NCBI GenBank assembly: GCA_044892525.1 | Contig: CM097887.1 | Coordinates: forward strand, 11,346,001-11,410,000 | Direction of reading: 5' to 3' | Origin: Schmidtea polychroa | Taxonomy: Eukaryota | Length of the DNA stretch: 64,000 nt | Shown: positions 1-12,800 of the stretch, piece by piece | How positions within the stretch are numbered: position 1 is the stretch's first letter | How the letters are laid out: the number at the start of each line of letters is the position of its first letter | The notes under the pieces: generated by a model | Databases searched by the model: none | Seen by the model: only the letters and a program-made list of their open reading frames with translations | What the model was told of the DNA's origin: nothing | Program-made: the position numbers and the translations under genes

Positions 1-1233
1 AACCGAAGAGAAATGGCAAATTGAAAAAAATACGAACAAAAAATGACAAATATAGAAAGACTATTAAAATTTTACTTTTCTTACTTTCAGGCTTGAAAAT
101 TTATTAGTTGCATTAAATTCTACTGACAAAATACTTAAAATGCACCCATGAGCCATTTGCGCCTACGGCTAATGTCATACTTGGCACCCCTCGTCCCTGG
201 GCTGTTTATTCGTCCCATTTCTGTTTTCATTTCCCTGTAATTGTGATAGTGTTCTTGAGTTTCTAATAAACATATTTTGAAATTGTGTTAATTCAATAGA
301 CAATATTCTTTCATTGTTATTTAAAAATTTTAATATTCTCTATTCTCCCATCTTTCTCCACATTACAGAGTGTTTTTAAATCATCATTCTTAAATCATTT
401 TTAATCATTAAGTTAGATTCAAAATGTATAGTCGTAGTAATGTTAGTCATACGGTAACCTCGCATATAAGACAATTTACTTTTATTGATTAAAATCGAAA
501 ATTCAGATGTCAGATATGGTGCTTATAGTCTTAGTCTTGAAATTAGGCATAGAATTTATCAAATATTGCATTGAGAATTAAAATTGTCAATTTTGGAAAA
601 AAAATCAGATTCTTCCAAATTAAAAAAGATAAATACAGGGGTATCTATCATTTGTTATCTACTTTGTATTCTTCATTATGTTATAAGTGTTTAGGCTCAA
701 ACTGCATGAATTTATGAATGTTTTAAGCATGAATGTTGTTATTGCACTAAAACCTATCTCTATTTCTGGTTTTTTAATAAATTAATAAAAAATTATAACA
801 ATTGACGCCAAAGCTTCTTCCCTCACTCTTTGGATTTTGTAGCCAATAACATGTTAGAACCTTTTGCAAAAATGTAAGCTTATGCAAATTTAGAATTCAA
901 TTTCAATTTATACAATTTTTTGAAATTTAAATTTTAACAGAAATTCCAAAACAAAAACGATATGTATATGAAAGAATTATTAAAGAATTGATATTAAAAA
1001 GACTTATTCCAATGCAATGCAACTTAAAAAATAAAATTAAATAGATGATTTTGAAATTAAAATAAAAAGAGATCATAATAAATGTAAATTTATAATTTCT
1101 TTGTAATTATTTATGTAAATGTTTGAATATAATTTAATTCTTTTACAAATGTATTTTCAAAAATCAAAAATTTAGCAAAATTAATATTTGTTTAAATTAA
1201 ACAATAAAATTTGAATTGATTTTTAAATTTTTA

Positions 1234-4070
1234 ATGTTAATCAATAATGTAAATCAAAATTTCAGCTATGGTAATTATATATTTAAAATTTAAAAATATT
1301 TTAAAACATTTTTCGAAGAAAATTTCAATCAACATTTTGTTGAAAATGTTGAGAAAGTTGTCGATGAAGAAGAAATTCTTAGACAAACAAAAGCGTTCCT
1401 TTTAAACGATGTTGTAGAACTAAAGTATGACGTAATTGATATACATTTTTTATAATTTAAAATGAAGGATTCCATGTTCTAATTACACTGAAATTGCTGA
1501 ATTAGATTTATCAAAATGCTTTAACCTGAAAGAATTGGACTTATCAGGAAATGTAATAACATATTTCCCTCGAAATTTAAATTTGCCAAATTTGAAAATT
1601 CTCGACATAAGCGGAAACAGATTTTTACAAATGCCATTGGTGGAACAATTTCCCAAATTAGTTATTTTAAATATCGAAAAAAGTGATAAAAAGGTAAAAT
1701 AATTAAATGAATATATTTATGACGATTAAAATTAGAAAATGAACTGGCAAGCAATTTCGTATTTTTGTCCGAATTTAAAACTTTTTAACGGTGAATATTT
1801 CCAAGAAACTGTCAGTGAAACTTTTAAAACTTGCGTAAAAAATTTTATGAGATATATTGAAAGAACTGTGAGATTTATAAGTTGATGATCTAAAGTTAAC
1901 GATTTTTTTGTAGATTCAGTTCAAATGGGAACAAGAAATTTCAAAAAAATGTCAAAATATTTTCAATAATGTAGAAAGAAAAAATTTAATTTGTGAAATG
2001 GTAGGACAATTAAAAAATTTGAATTTTGTAATAAATGAATCACTGATAGAATACAAAGATTTACTGGTAATAGATTTGTGTATTTTTGTAAATATAATGA
2101 AAATTAGATATACAGAGTAACTGAAAATTTTTTATTCAAAAAATATAATAAAAATCAAACATTTATCAGTGAATATGGATTTTTTGGTGGAGTGGAAAAT
2201 GAAGATGAAAATAACGAAAAATTATTGTTGAGATTTGTAGATAAATACAAAAATGAAATAAATGATTTGTTAAAATCGATAAATGAAGATAATTCCAAAA
2301 ATCAAATAATATTTACAAGGGATAATCAGAATGGTCACATAGAGAAATATTGGAGAGAAAATCAATATTGCCAATTTAATATTGGAAAATCTTTAATCGA
2401 CAACAACAGTATTGCTATGACTATATTTAATAGTGAATTTGTGAAAGAAGAACCGAAAATTGAATTTTCAAATGTAGAACTTAAAAATTTCAAATACATG
2501 CAAAGTCAAGTACTTCATAATAACTACCAGAAGCCGATCGAAAATCCATTAAACCAATTGCAAAAATCTAATTTCATATCAGAAAATTCGAAATCGAGAA
2601 AGAGAGGAAGGCCTACAAAAAACGAAGAGACAAACAAATTACAGTCGAATAACCTTTTACCTTCAAAGAAAGAATTTCCAGTTCGGCCAAAGAATCGAAA
2701 AAGATACGGAGAAATTAAAAATCTAAAAGAATTGCATAAAAAATTCAGTTCAGTAAATGGTGAGCCAGACTACAACCCGACACATTTCATACGATGTCAT
2801 ACTAATGAAACCACTATTGGTGAAAATAAAACCAAAGTTTGGTATTGTGCTTTTGAACCGGATAAAAATGTTCGTGGTGCTACAACCCATTCAATAGCAA
2901 CTTGTGGCGGTGAAGTCGTATGCATCATTAATTGTGAAAGTGGAAAAGTCATTGAAAGGTTTAAACGGGAAAATGAAGTTAGTTTATTGATGTTCAAATA
3001 TATCTATATATATACAAACAGGATTTTATGGCAATTGCTTGGACGACTTTGGAAATTCAACCAGAAAACAAACCAATGAATTTACTTGCTGCAGCAGGGA
3101 AATTTAAAGAAATAAGAATATTTTTGCCAGGTGAAAAAGGTTATGTTGACTTGAAAGGTCATTTAGATGATATTTCTTCTTTATTGTTCCATCCGATACA
3201 TCCAAACATTCTATTTAGTGGAGATATTAACGGCATGGTTTTAATGTGGGATATAAATCGACCATATCAAAATGACAATAGTCTATTACGTTACCTCTTA
3301 ATTTCGCAACTAAAATGCTCCAGAAGCTCCTTCAATCCTGTTATGAATCTGGTCTTTCTCGAACACTATTCTTACCTTATTGCTGGTTGTGATGAGGCAA
3401 TGTTTGCGTGGAAGATCACAGATTTTCAAGTGGAAAAGAATTACAGGTAATATATATTTTCGAAAAATAAGTCCAAAATTAAGTGCTATTTAATAGGGAA
3501 CCTTGCATGGAATTAAAATTTACAGAAACAAGTAAAATCGACTTTCCTTACGAGCACTTGGAATATGACGGCCTTGCGAAAATCGGGCGAACAGCTTTGG
3601 TGTTTAGAGTTATCGATTTACCATGTCTATTTGTTTTAGATTTCGGGACAATACTAGAACGTCGAATCGGTTATTTTGAATTATCTATTATTTAATTTTA
3701 ATTTGAAAAAGGTCTTCAAAAAGTAATTCCCATTGAAATCTGTGGCACTCTTGATGGACTGAAATCACGCGATTTTTTTATCAATATCACTTGTCGAAGT
3801 AATTTCGGAGCAGTTATGAGTGGTGATGGAGAAGGAAATATTTGGATTTATGACGTTGATCAATATATTGAAGACAATCCCGAGAGAATGAAAAAAAATT
3901 TTAGGTGTCCTCTATTTAAAAAGCTTCAATGGCCAGAATGTGATAAAGACGAAATCGATAGCAAAATGCCAGTGATTAATACAGTCGATATGTGTTCAGA
4001 TGGGCTTTTTGTTGTTGGAGTTACTGATAATAATTTGGTATGTATTTGGGAACTAATGAAAGAATCTTAA
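1234..4070 (+). CDS. LRWD1: Leucine-rich repeat and WD40 repeat protein 1 (ORCA), 9 exons, ~826 aa
   Basis: Exons 1234-1270, 1319-1424, 1468-1693, 1736-1867, 1914-2066, 2108-2977, 3022-3446, 3497-3669 and 3712-4070 join in frame (2481 nt) across eight GT-AG introns of 41-50 bp. The N-terminal LRRs (LDLSKCFNLKELDLSGNVITYFPRNLNLPNLKILDISGN..EQFPKL) and WD40 motifs (VWYCAFEP..ATCGGEVVCIINC; AIAWT; SGDGEGNIWIYDV; LQWP; VINTV..VTDNNLVCIW) match LRWD1. Confidence 0.9.
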
Positions 4071-4847
4071 TCAGTCAATTTATTTTAAATATATGTTATT
4101 GATATTACTATTTTTTACTAACAAAATGTTTTCCTTTAATATCTTAACACAGCGGTCTAAAAGCTCCATACCAATTTCATTTCACACTTGTCACTTGTGA
4201 AAGTGTTTTAAATTAATTTATATTAATTTATTGTTTATACTTGTTTTTATTTTTAATTTACCATAGAAAATATTAATATATTATTCTACTAAATATAATC
4301 ATTCATAAAAATTACACAGCACTATGTACGGAATAATGTAAATATCGTAATATAAGTCGTGCATATAAGCCACATCCCAGTTTTTAGTAAAATAATGAAT
4401 TCAATCAGCATATATATTAATTTTTAAACAGTTAAACAATTAAACAGTCTCTCATTTCAACATTGTATATTGCCAATCCCAAGAATTTTTATAAGAAGAT
4501 TAAAATGATGTTTTGCAATCGAGATAAATAATATTATCGTTGAAGCTTTATATGGATACTTGCGGCAAGACTTGATATTTTTATCAGCTCTCGTTTAAAA
4601 TAAAAATAATAGATTGATCGTTTATTTTAGCATTTATACACAGTTTTGTATCATTCCGTAACATTTCATTTTGTAAAGAATTTCTTTTTTTCTCTTTTCA
4701 ATCAGAATTCTGTGGACAAATTATTTTTTTATGTTTCAAATGGTAATAATCAATACTTAGTTTATTAATTAAGGTATAGTTTGTAAATTATATAACGCTT
4801 TGAGTTGATGGTGAATATGAGAATTTGTTACATAAAGGAGGGACTAC

Positions 4848-5397
4848 AAATTTTTGTCTTTTGAATTATGAAAATTTTGAATAATTAACATTTATGATAA
4901 AAAGAAAATAGGATTTAAACTGATGGGGTTTATTAGAACTTCCTTCTAAAATGTAAAATTTGGGCAGAAATCTCAAATTAAAATATAAATAAATAATTAA
5001 TTAATAATCAAATAATTAATAATCAATTAATTAATAATCAAATAATTAATAATCAATTAATTAATAATCAATTAATTAATCAATTATTTAACATTAGATA
5101 ACATACACTTATTAAAACGTAATGAAAGTTCAGGTAAAATTTTTGTCTTTTGAATTATGAAAATTTTAAATAATTAACATGATAAAAAGAAAATAGCAAT
5201 GCCGTCAGCATTTAAACTGATGGGGTTTATTAGAACTTCCTTCTAAAATGTAAAATTTGTGCAGAAATCTCAAATTAAAATATAAATAAATAATTAATTA
5301 ATAATCAAATTATTAATAATCAAATAATTAATAATCAATTAATTAACATTAGATAACATACACTTATTAAAACGTAATGAAAGTTCAGGTAAAATTT
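4848..5397. repeat. Tandem duplication (period ~289 bp) containing AATAATTAATAATC-type low-complexity arrays
   Basis: The block TTTTTGTCTTTTGAATTATGAAAATTTT...GAAAGTTCAGGTAAAAT starts at 4851 and again at 5140. Confidence 0.9.
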
Positions 5398-5700
5398 GGT
5401 TACGTTACGCAAAGCTGGAGGGGGTAACATTTATGTTATGGTTTGCGTTACACAATTTAATAAAGAAAAATATGGGAAAATTGATCTATAGTCGTAGTAA
5501 AAATAAATGAAATTTTAAAAGAAAATCAGATCAGAACAGAACATAAATTATTTTAACAAAAGTATATTAAATTAAATTTTGCTTTCTCATTTCTTCATTT
5601 CGTGTTCAAGTAAAAGAAAAGTTGATAATAAAAGTATTTTTATTTATAAAATGTATTACACTGGTCCTGACTTTCGGATTTTTAATCATTTTTCGACCAA

Positions 5701-6300
5701 TCAGAGAAAATGTTGATACCGTACATGGATACGAGTTTCAACATTTTTGGCCATTTTATTTAGATATGTAAAGTTCACCAAATATTCTAGATTGATTAAT
5801 TCCAATTTATCTGGAGTTTCAATTCCTCGGTAATCAGGTAATGCTATCCAAGAATCTGGTGCCAAGCGATATGACGGTACAAGCAATCTATTGCACTGGA
5901 GAAATTTTGGTTTCGTGTGTTCTTCAAGTAATACTCGTATTATTGGTTCCATAAATCGTATTTTCCCATCGACGCTAACTGGCAATTCATTTGTACATTT
6001 TTCATATTTCATTATTTTTACTGTCAATTCCTTGCATTTATAACTGTATAAAGCTTCTCCTAAAATTCTCGCAAACAACAATTTTCTGATATTAATATGG
6101 TGTAACCAAATTTGGGTTTGTGATGCCAATTGCCATCTGATTTCGACGTATTTCTTTATTTAATTTACAATCATTTATATTCATTTATGGATATACATTC
6201 TACATGATATTCTGACTATAATGAAATAAGTAATCAATTTTATCGTTAAAATAGTGGGTCAGTTTAATACTACTTTTATGAATTCTAGTTTTAGCTTCAT
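5701..6300 (-). pseudogene. Class III fusion glycoprotein fragment (chuvirus-G / herpes gB-like, as in BEL/Pao env genes)
   Basis: ORF 5701-6129 reads ILGEALYSYKCKELTV..CTNELPVSVDGKIRFMEPIIRVL..QCNRLLVPSYRL..SW...P..L, following the GE(V)..I.C.PV.V..C..LPV...G...FM.P.TR.L...C....P.Y....W pattern of these glycoproteins. Frameshifted upstream pieces (LTHYFNDKL, DCKLNKEIRRNQMA) continue the alignment. Confidence 0.6.
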
Positions 6301-6589
6301 GTTTTTTGCTATTTTATTGATTTTACCAATATTTGTTACATACCTTCCTTTAATATATATATATATATTTTTGGTTTTCTTATCAACCCCAACAGTTCCT
6401 TCGGCTTCGAACTATCTTTAAAAAGTATGAGTAACTGGGAGCTCGAATTAATCAATAATCAAAGGACATCCAATTTACATGGTATTTAGTGGACCAAAAG
6501 GACTGAGGTGATAACGGATTTCACTATATGCAAATGTATTGGGAGATTAACAATTAATATTAATTATTATGACATAAACAATGAGTTAA

Positions 6590-6745
6590 TGGGCCAGAAT
6601 GCTAACACGCTATTAATTATTTGTCCTAGTGCTATCGGAAAAACTACTTTTGCTTTATTACATTTTGTGAATACATTGTCAAGCATATTCAAAAGTTAAG
6701 TCGTATTACTTTTGATCCAAATACTTGTGAGAGATTTTTTAAATA
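6590..6745 (+). pseudogene. Putative SF3 helicase (CRESS-DNA virus Rep-like) fragment
   Basis: TLLIICPSAIGKTTFALLHFVNTL, then after a frameshift VKHIQKLSRITFDPNT. This resembles the CRESS Rep Walker A region (.L.I.GPSGIGKT.FAL.HF.NPL.V.HID.L..FDP). Short and degenerate. Confidence 0.4.
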
Positions 6746-7999
6746 AATGAATGAATAAATTGGAGATAAAAATGTCAAAGATTTACATAATTTTTAATAT
6801 AAATTGTTAATTAGAAAAATTAAAATAATGTTGTTGGGTTTGAACGACTGTCTTTTGAATTAAACTGGATTTTATACTTTTAGAATTGTGGAAATAAATG
6901 GGGGAAATGCAGTAAAGAATAATTTAACATCAATTCAAACAATTAATAAAAAGTGAAAATTACTAATTTTATTAAATTATTGATATTGAAATATTTTAAT
7001 CTTTTACTTTAATTTCAAAAATAAAAAATAACAACTTTAATAGCTATTGTGTTTCTTGTATTGACTACGTCCATTATTAATATGTTGATTAATTAAATTA
7101 GAGAATAATTAGATCCTACAGAACTCGGCAACCTCAGTTTGGAGATGATCGGCTAATTTAGATCAATAATTAATGACTCTAATGAATCGGTATCGTTGAA
7201 CAAATTATGTTGAATTTTAGGTTTTAGCAAATAATCAACTTCTTATAACAAACGGTATTAAAAACATAGACAAAAATTAACTGACGCCAAAAAACTATAT
7301 AGGAGAGAGAAATTCTGAAGGAGCTATAGAAGCTATAAAAGAAACTAAAGATAAAATCAGAACTCAAAGATCAGAAATCATATAACGAATAGAAGAATTA
7401 TTATATTAATTATTATATTAAACAAGATTATTTCGGAGAAAGAGTTGTTTCTTCTCAAGGTATCAATCGTTTCAAATATCTCTTGAGCATTTTACCCTTA
7501 GAATACACATTGATTAATTGTGTAAATTTTTAATTTGAAATAGCCATTGTAATTTTTGGGGTTTGAGTTATTTAGACCAAAGGAACGCGCGGAGTCAGTT
7601 TAAAGTCAAATCCTACCAAAATTAATTATAAAATCCAACAAATTTTTATTTTGGTTTATAAGGGATAATGTGTTAATTTTTAGGTTTTAACAAAACTTAT
7701 TTTGTTAAAGGGATTTTTTACATTTTCTAAATGTAATTTTAGATACGAGGTAATGTTGGATTCGAATTTTGCTGAATAATATTCCTCATTTAATTATTTA
7801 TTTAATTATATTTTAAAATATGGTGCGAAGAGGACAATATTTTGATTGTCATTACTAGTCTACTTGGAAGACAAAGATCATAATTTTAGGAACTTAGTCA
7901 ACATAGGATACACTTATATGGAAATTGCAACCTTTTGGACCCTGGAGAGTGAAACCAAAGAAAATTGTAGTTAAAATGTACCAATATAATGAGTAAACT

Positions 8000-9130
8000 A
8001 CTTCTGTGGGTTTGAAGTAATTTTTCAGAGTTTTCCCCACTATATTAGGAAGTGAAATACGATTCGCAGCTTCGAACTAGAACTATAGTGCATATATCGT
8101 CACATGGTTACTTTCTTTTGTGGATGGATCAAAAATTAAGAAACACGAGATCGAATTAAACTTGTCGTATTTATCTGTCTTGAACAACAAGTCGGAGAAT
8201 GAAAAAAATACATATTTTAAGATGTTGTCAAAAATAATATTGAATAATAAAATTTAATAAACAGACTAGCTAAAAATTGCATTAAATCAACAGTCATCTC
8301 TATCTATAAAAATTATATGGACTATAAACTATAAACTAACTGCATGCAAATATGTCAGTAGGTAAAACTTTTTTGAATACACATGTTTTGTTTATTTATT
8401 TTTAATCTAAATTATTTAAATCCTAATGATCATTTTCATTATCAAAATGATTAAGGATCGGATAAATTTCAGTTTCTAAATTATAATATTTCTTATTGAA
8501 AAAATTATTGTGAATATCAAAAATATTAATATTAAAATAATTATATTTTATTCCTCCAAAAAGTTATTCTGACATCAACAAATATTGATTCAATGGAGTT
8601 AATCATAGATGTTGGAACTTATATCAGATGAAACTGGTAATTATATAAATATTGATTTTATAGTATCAGATTATCCAAATGAAATCCAATTTTAATTTCT
8701 TTCTATATTATTCCCATCGGGAATGTCACCACATTTATTATGACTGAGGGTGAATTTCTCTTGTTGCTATGAAATCTTAATCTGAAGAAAGGATTGCTTA
8801 ATGTCACAAGAATGATTATTAATAGTTTGCATCTAAACTGGGGAAAGCGAAAAAAATTATATTTCTAAAATAATTTGGTTTAACTATATTTCCTCACGTT
8901 TTGATGTGCCAAAAATATTCAAACTGACATAAAAAATCATAATAAGCATTGCTTGAATTGTAATGGTTTGCCATTTAAAATAAAGCGTCATTAATTTACG
9001 ATAATTTTGGCAGTATGCAGTATTTTAGTAATGTCGGTGTTTATTTACCAGAACCAGTTTTCAAACATGATCAACTATAAGTAGCTTTAACTCGACATCG
9101 TTCCCACAAAAATCGAAAGGTGATTTTAAA
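8000..9130 (+). mobile_element. Helitron PIF1-type helicase relic (C-terminal part)
   Basis: Stop- and frameshift-ridden motifs occur in the correct order: ILTSTNID; LFPSGMSPHLL*LRV; LLL*NLNLKKGLLNVTRMII; LPFKIKRH*F; NVGVYLPEPVFKHDQL*VALTR. Confidence 0.8.
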
Positions 9131-9968
9131 TATTCTTTTAAGTTATTTTAACACGTTGACCGAGTATACTTTCATTTGCACGTGAATTATACTAATGCTG
9201 GCGTACCGCTAATAATTTTATTGACTTAATTAATGTTGGAGCAAAATTGGACAAGTTAAAAAATTGATTTTAATAAATTGATTTTTTTATTTTTGAATTT
9301 CTGTTTACTGAAAAACAGTTTTCCTGTATATGAATAAACATTCTGAAGTACATTTTGATTCATAATTTGTTGTTTTATCATTGGTAAATTAGGAATTATG
9401 AATAAATTTTTTTATATTTCAGTGGCGTAGGGAGAAAAAATAGAATGGCGGTCAAAGTGTTAAACTGTTTCTTCAATTTTTTATTATTTCACATTTTTTA
9501 TCCACGAATTTCGCATTAAAAAATAAAAACTCATTCATTCTGACGCATTATTGCTAGTAATGCCATTGGGTGTAACGACATTTTTATAATATAATAAAAT
9601 AATTACAATCGGTCATTTTATTGTAAGTAAAATGAATGCACTAATAATATATATTTAATTGAAAATTTTATAGATTCCATTTCTGATTTCAATCGTGTTT
9701 TCAAGTATCAAATTAATGAACTTCCAATATTAGATTTATTGATAGCAAAATTTATAAAGCAAAGTGTAACACTGGTTAGGGAAATTTGTAAATAAATTGC
9801 AAGTAACATCACTTTGTCGTATATGCCAACAAGGACACAACAGCAATGAAATTCAAAAGTTAGACGATTACGTCAATGGAATACATTTCCATTCCTTATT
9901 TCCTTTTTATTTAAACTCTAATTCTTTCTTTAACTTTTTTATATGGCTTTCGTTTATCATTCGTTTAT

Positions 9969-10158
9969 CTATTTATTAATCTATTTATTAATCTATTTAT
10001 TAATCTATTTATTAATCTATTTATTAATCTATTTATTAATCTATTTATTAATCTATTTATTAATCTATTTATTAATCTATTTATTAATCTATTTATTAAT
10101 CTATTTATTAATCTATTTATTAATCTATTTATTAATCTATTTATTAATCTATTTATTA
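9969..10158. repeat. 12-bp tandem repeat (CTATTTATTAAT)x15 plus a partial copy
   Basis: Perfect tandem copies read directly. Confidence 0.97.
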
Positions 10159-10706
10159 CTCATATGAAACATATTTTAAAAATGAATCATATTAGAATAC
10201 TCCAGATACAGATGTTCACTATCACATCAATTGAACTTAACCCCGGTGATCTTGCTCTTGTTGCGAAGTCGTTTGATACTAATGTCAAGACGAAAAAATC
10301 GAAATTAGTTTCTGTTGAATATATTTTCAACAGCCTGAATGTTTGCACATTTTGATATAACTTTCACCAGATAAGCTGAGTAGAAACCTAAACCAAATTG
10401 TCCTATCATTGAAATTTCAGCTCCAGCTTGAAGTGCTTCCATAAATGCCTTAGTTCCAGATCTTGCATGTGTTCCCAAATTGTTAATCAAATATTCCTTT
10501 GTCATTCAATAATAGTTAAAATTCCAGCATCTTTATCTGGTATGATTTTTATCATTAAATCCTTTACAGTGTCGAGTACTGAGTGATTTGTTAAGCTTTT
10601 GTTTCTAATTTTGTCTAATGCCTTGCCAGAGTTTGAAATTAAATCACGCAAAAATATGTCTTTGTTGGAATAGAAAGTATTGATATTAAGGCTCAACAAT
10701 TGGGCG

Positions 10707-12640
10707 TGTAATGTACAGCTATTTTTGTTAATATTTTAGTGTTCACAATTAGGAATTGTGAATACTAAAATATAAAATGCCACCATCTGGGAAATCCAGA
10801 TTTTTTAAAAAAACTATATAGCGATAATTTACTATAGTAAATTATCGCTATAGAAAATTAAAAAAAAATCGATTAAAAAATTTTGAATAAACGAAGATTA
10901 GAGTTAAACTGAAAATTATCCCAGTTTTTGATCAAAGTTCTTTATTGTCAATTGGATTATTCCCGAAATTAAACCGAAGATCATTCCTGTCTTTGACCAA
11001 ACCAGGAGCAAACCACTTACATTTCCATTATTCTAGTTTTGAAATAAAGCACATATTTGCCGTTGTTACAATCTGATTATCAACATTTCCTATTGCCAAT
11101 TGGATTGATCTCGGAGTATCAGAATCGTACTAGAGTTTGTAGAAAGTATTATTTATTATTTTAGTTAATAAAGTTTGTAATTTATTCTTGTTGAATATTA
11201 ATTTTGTTTTTTATTTATTATTGTTATATCACGTAACACAACCTGCACCCCGATTGTCCCGCCACAAGTTTTAACGGAGACTCTTTCGGGCCCATCAATT
11301 TTCTTAGCAAATAACAGCCTCCAAACATAACAAATTCATATCACACACAAATATAATAATCTAAAACAATAATATAATAATTGGTGTCAGAAGCAAAGCA
11401 AATACAACACGACACTCGCATTCGACGTTTTCTTTCAATCACGAAACCTTTCAGTATAGTTATTATAGAACTATAAAGGCTAGTGACACTGTTGGCCGAA
11501 CACAGTAGGCCATATCCTTCAAACAAACCACTATTTTTTTTGCACAACAAACAATAAAAAAACAGCTCAAAACAATTGATGGCTTCAAATCAAACAAATC
11601 CAACAAATATTCCACAAATACCCAACAACTACGATAATACTCAAACACCCGAAAGCACAAATTACTACTACAACCCAAACACCAACCCAGAAAACACACA
11701 TACCATTAATTCAATAATCAACCCAAAAACAAATATCCCCAACTATTTCACAGATGACACGGAACACCGCAAAAATGGTTAGAATTCGCGAAACTAACCC
11801 TAACGCTATCGGGAGTTAAGTCAACAAAATCCCTATGCTCCAACATAATAGCAGCACTACCAAGCAACAAATTAAACGAAATCGCCGATCAAATCGATGA
11901 AATATCAAAAGACGACGACCCTTTTACCAAACTGTGTAACATATTGACCAACAAACACAAGGTCAACAGAGTCATGCCTCAACAATACACAGTTAGGGGA
12001 CAACAAGCCCACAGATTTCCTACGACAATTGAAACAAAAACTGGAGTATCTACAACCAAACATAACAAACTCCGGTTCCAACGAATTGGTGAAAGAATTC
12101 TTCATGCGCGCTATGCCACCGGAAATTAGACGAATCCTAGCCGCTAGCAGTAACGCTGACGTCGAAACACTCGCTGACATAGCGGATAAAATAAACGAAG
12201 AAATCTACCCCACAATCTGTAGTACCCAAAACTACAACAGAAATAAAACTAATCACAACAACCAACCAATCAACAAAAACCCTGAACCAAATGAAACAAC
12301 AAACCGATTAATAAACACTTTGATCAGCAAATTCGACGAAATAATTGTCGAAAACAGACAAATAAAAGCGGAACTAGCCGAAATAAAAGAGAAATACAAC
12401 AGGCAAAATTTCAACCCAAACGAAAACAGAGACCTATTCAACAGAAACAAAACACATAAAAACAGAAAAAAAAAGGTTATTGAATGTAATTTTTTTTATG
12501 TTACTTTTTATTGATTCATGTCAACCTCCGGTTTTAAAGGGGGAAGTTATGTAATGTACAGCTATTTTTGTTAATATTTTAGTGTTCACAATTCTTAATT
12601 GTGAACACTAAAATATTAACAAAAATAGCTGTACATTACA
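10707..12640 (+). mobile_element. Non-autonomous Ty3/gypsy LTR element (gag only, pol deleted) with an aberrant 3' LTR
   Basis: TG...CA ends with a 5-bp TSD GGGCG (10702-10706 / 12641-12645). 5' LTR about 10707-11380; PBS TGGTGTCAGAAG 11382-11393; frameshifted gag 11576-12470 homologous to 59648-60478; PPT AAAGGGGGAAG at about 12536-12546. Confidence 0.92.
12550..12640. repeat. Perfect 91-bp palindrome (44-bp arms, 3-nt loop CTT) replacing the 3' LTR
   Basis: TGTAATGTACAGCTATTTTTGTTAATATTTTAGTGTTCACAATT-CTT-AATTGTGAACACTAAAATATTAACAAAAATAGCTGTACATTACA. The left arm equals the first 44 nt of the 5' LTR. Confidence 0.97.
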
Positions 12641-12780
12641 GGGCGATTTGAGCTTGAAATGCAAACGTTTCAGGGTTATTCATTGTTTTCATTAAATTCT
12701 AATGTAATTAATTGCAGCAAAAGTTGAAAAAAGTTCCACAAAATTATATTAAACAAGAAATATGATTAAACTCGACAATT

Positions 12781-12800
12781 CGAAAATTCCAGAAAATTCA
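12781..12800. promoter_or_regulatory. Perfect heat-shock element (4 inverted nGAAn units) upstream of the HSP90 pseudogene
   Basis: cGAAaaTTCcaGAAaaTTCa, about 100 bp upstream of the HSP90 ATG at 12683 (minus strand). Confidence 0.75.

Larger units (their letters stand above)
10350..12683 (-). pseudogene. HSP90: HSP90 N-terminal pseudogene, split by an LTR element insertion
   Basis: ATG at 12683 gives MNNPETFAFQAQIA. After the insertion it resumes in frame as [34 protein letters not shown] frameshifting deletion removes DTGIG, then [47 protein letters not shown]. Homology ends at about 10350. Confidence 0.93.

Noticed and set aside
420-470. pogo/Tigger-like terminus (TACGGTAACCTCGCATATAAGAC)
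   Set aside because: No matching inverted end or TSD was found nearby.
9943-10167. (LLIY)n ORF
   Set aside because: Translation of a 12-bp AT-rich tandem repeat.
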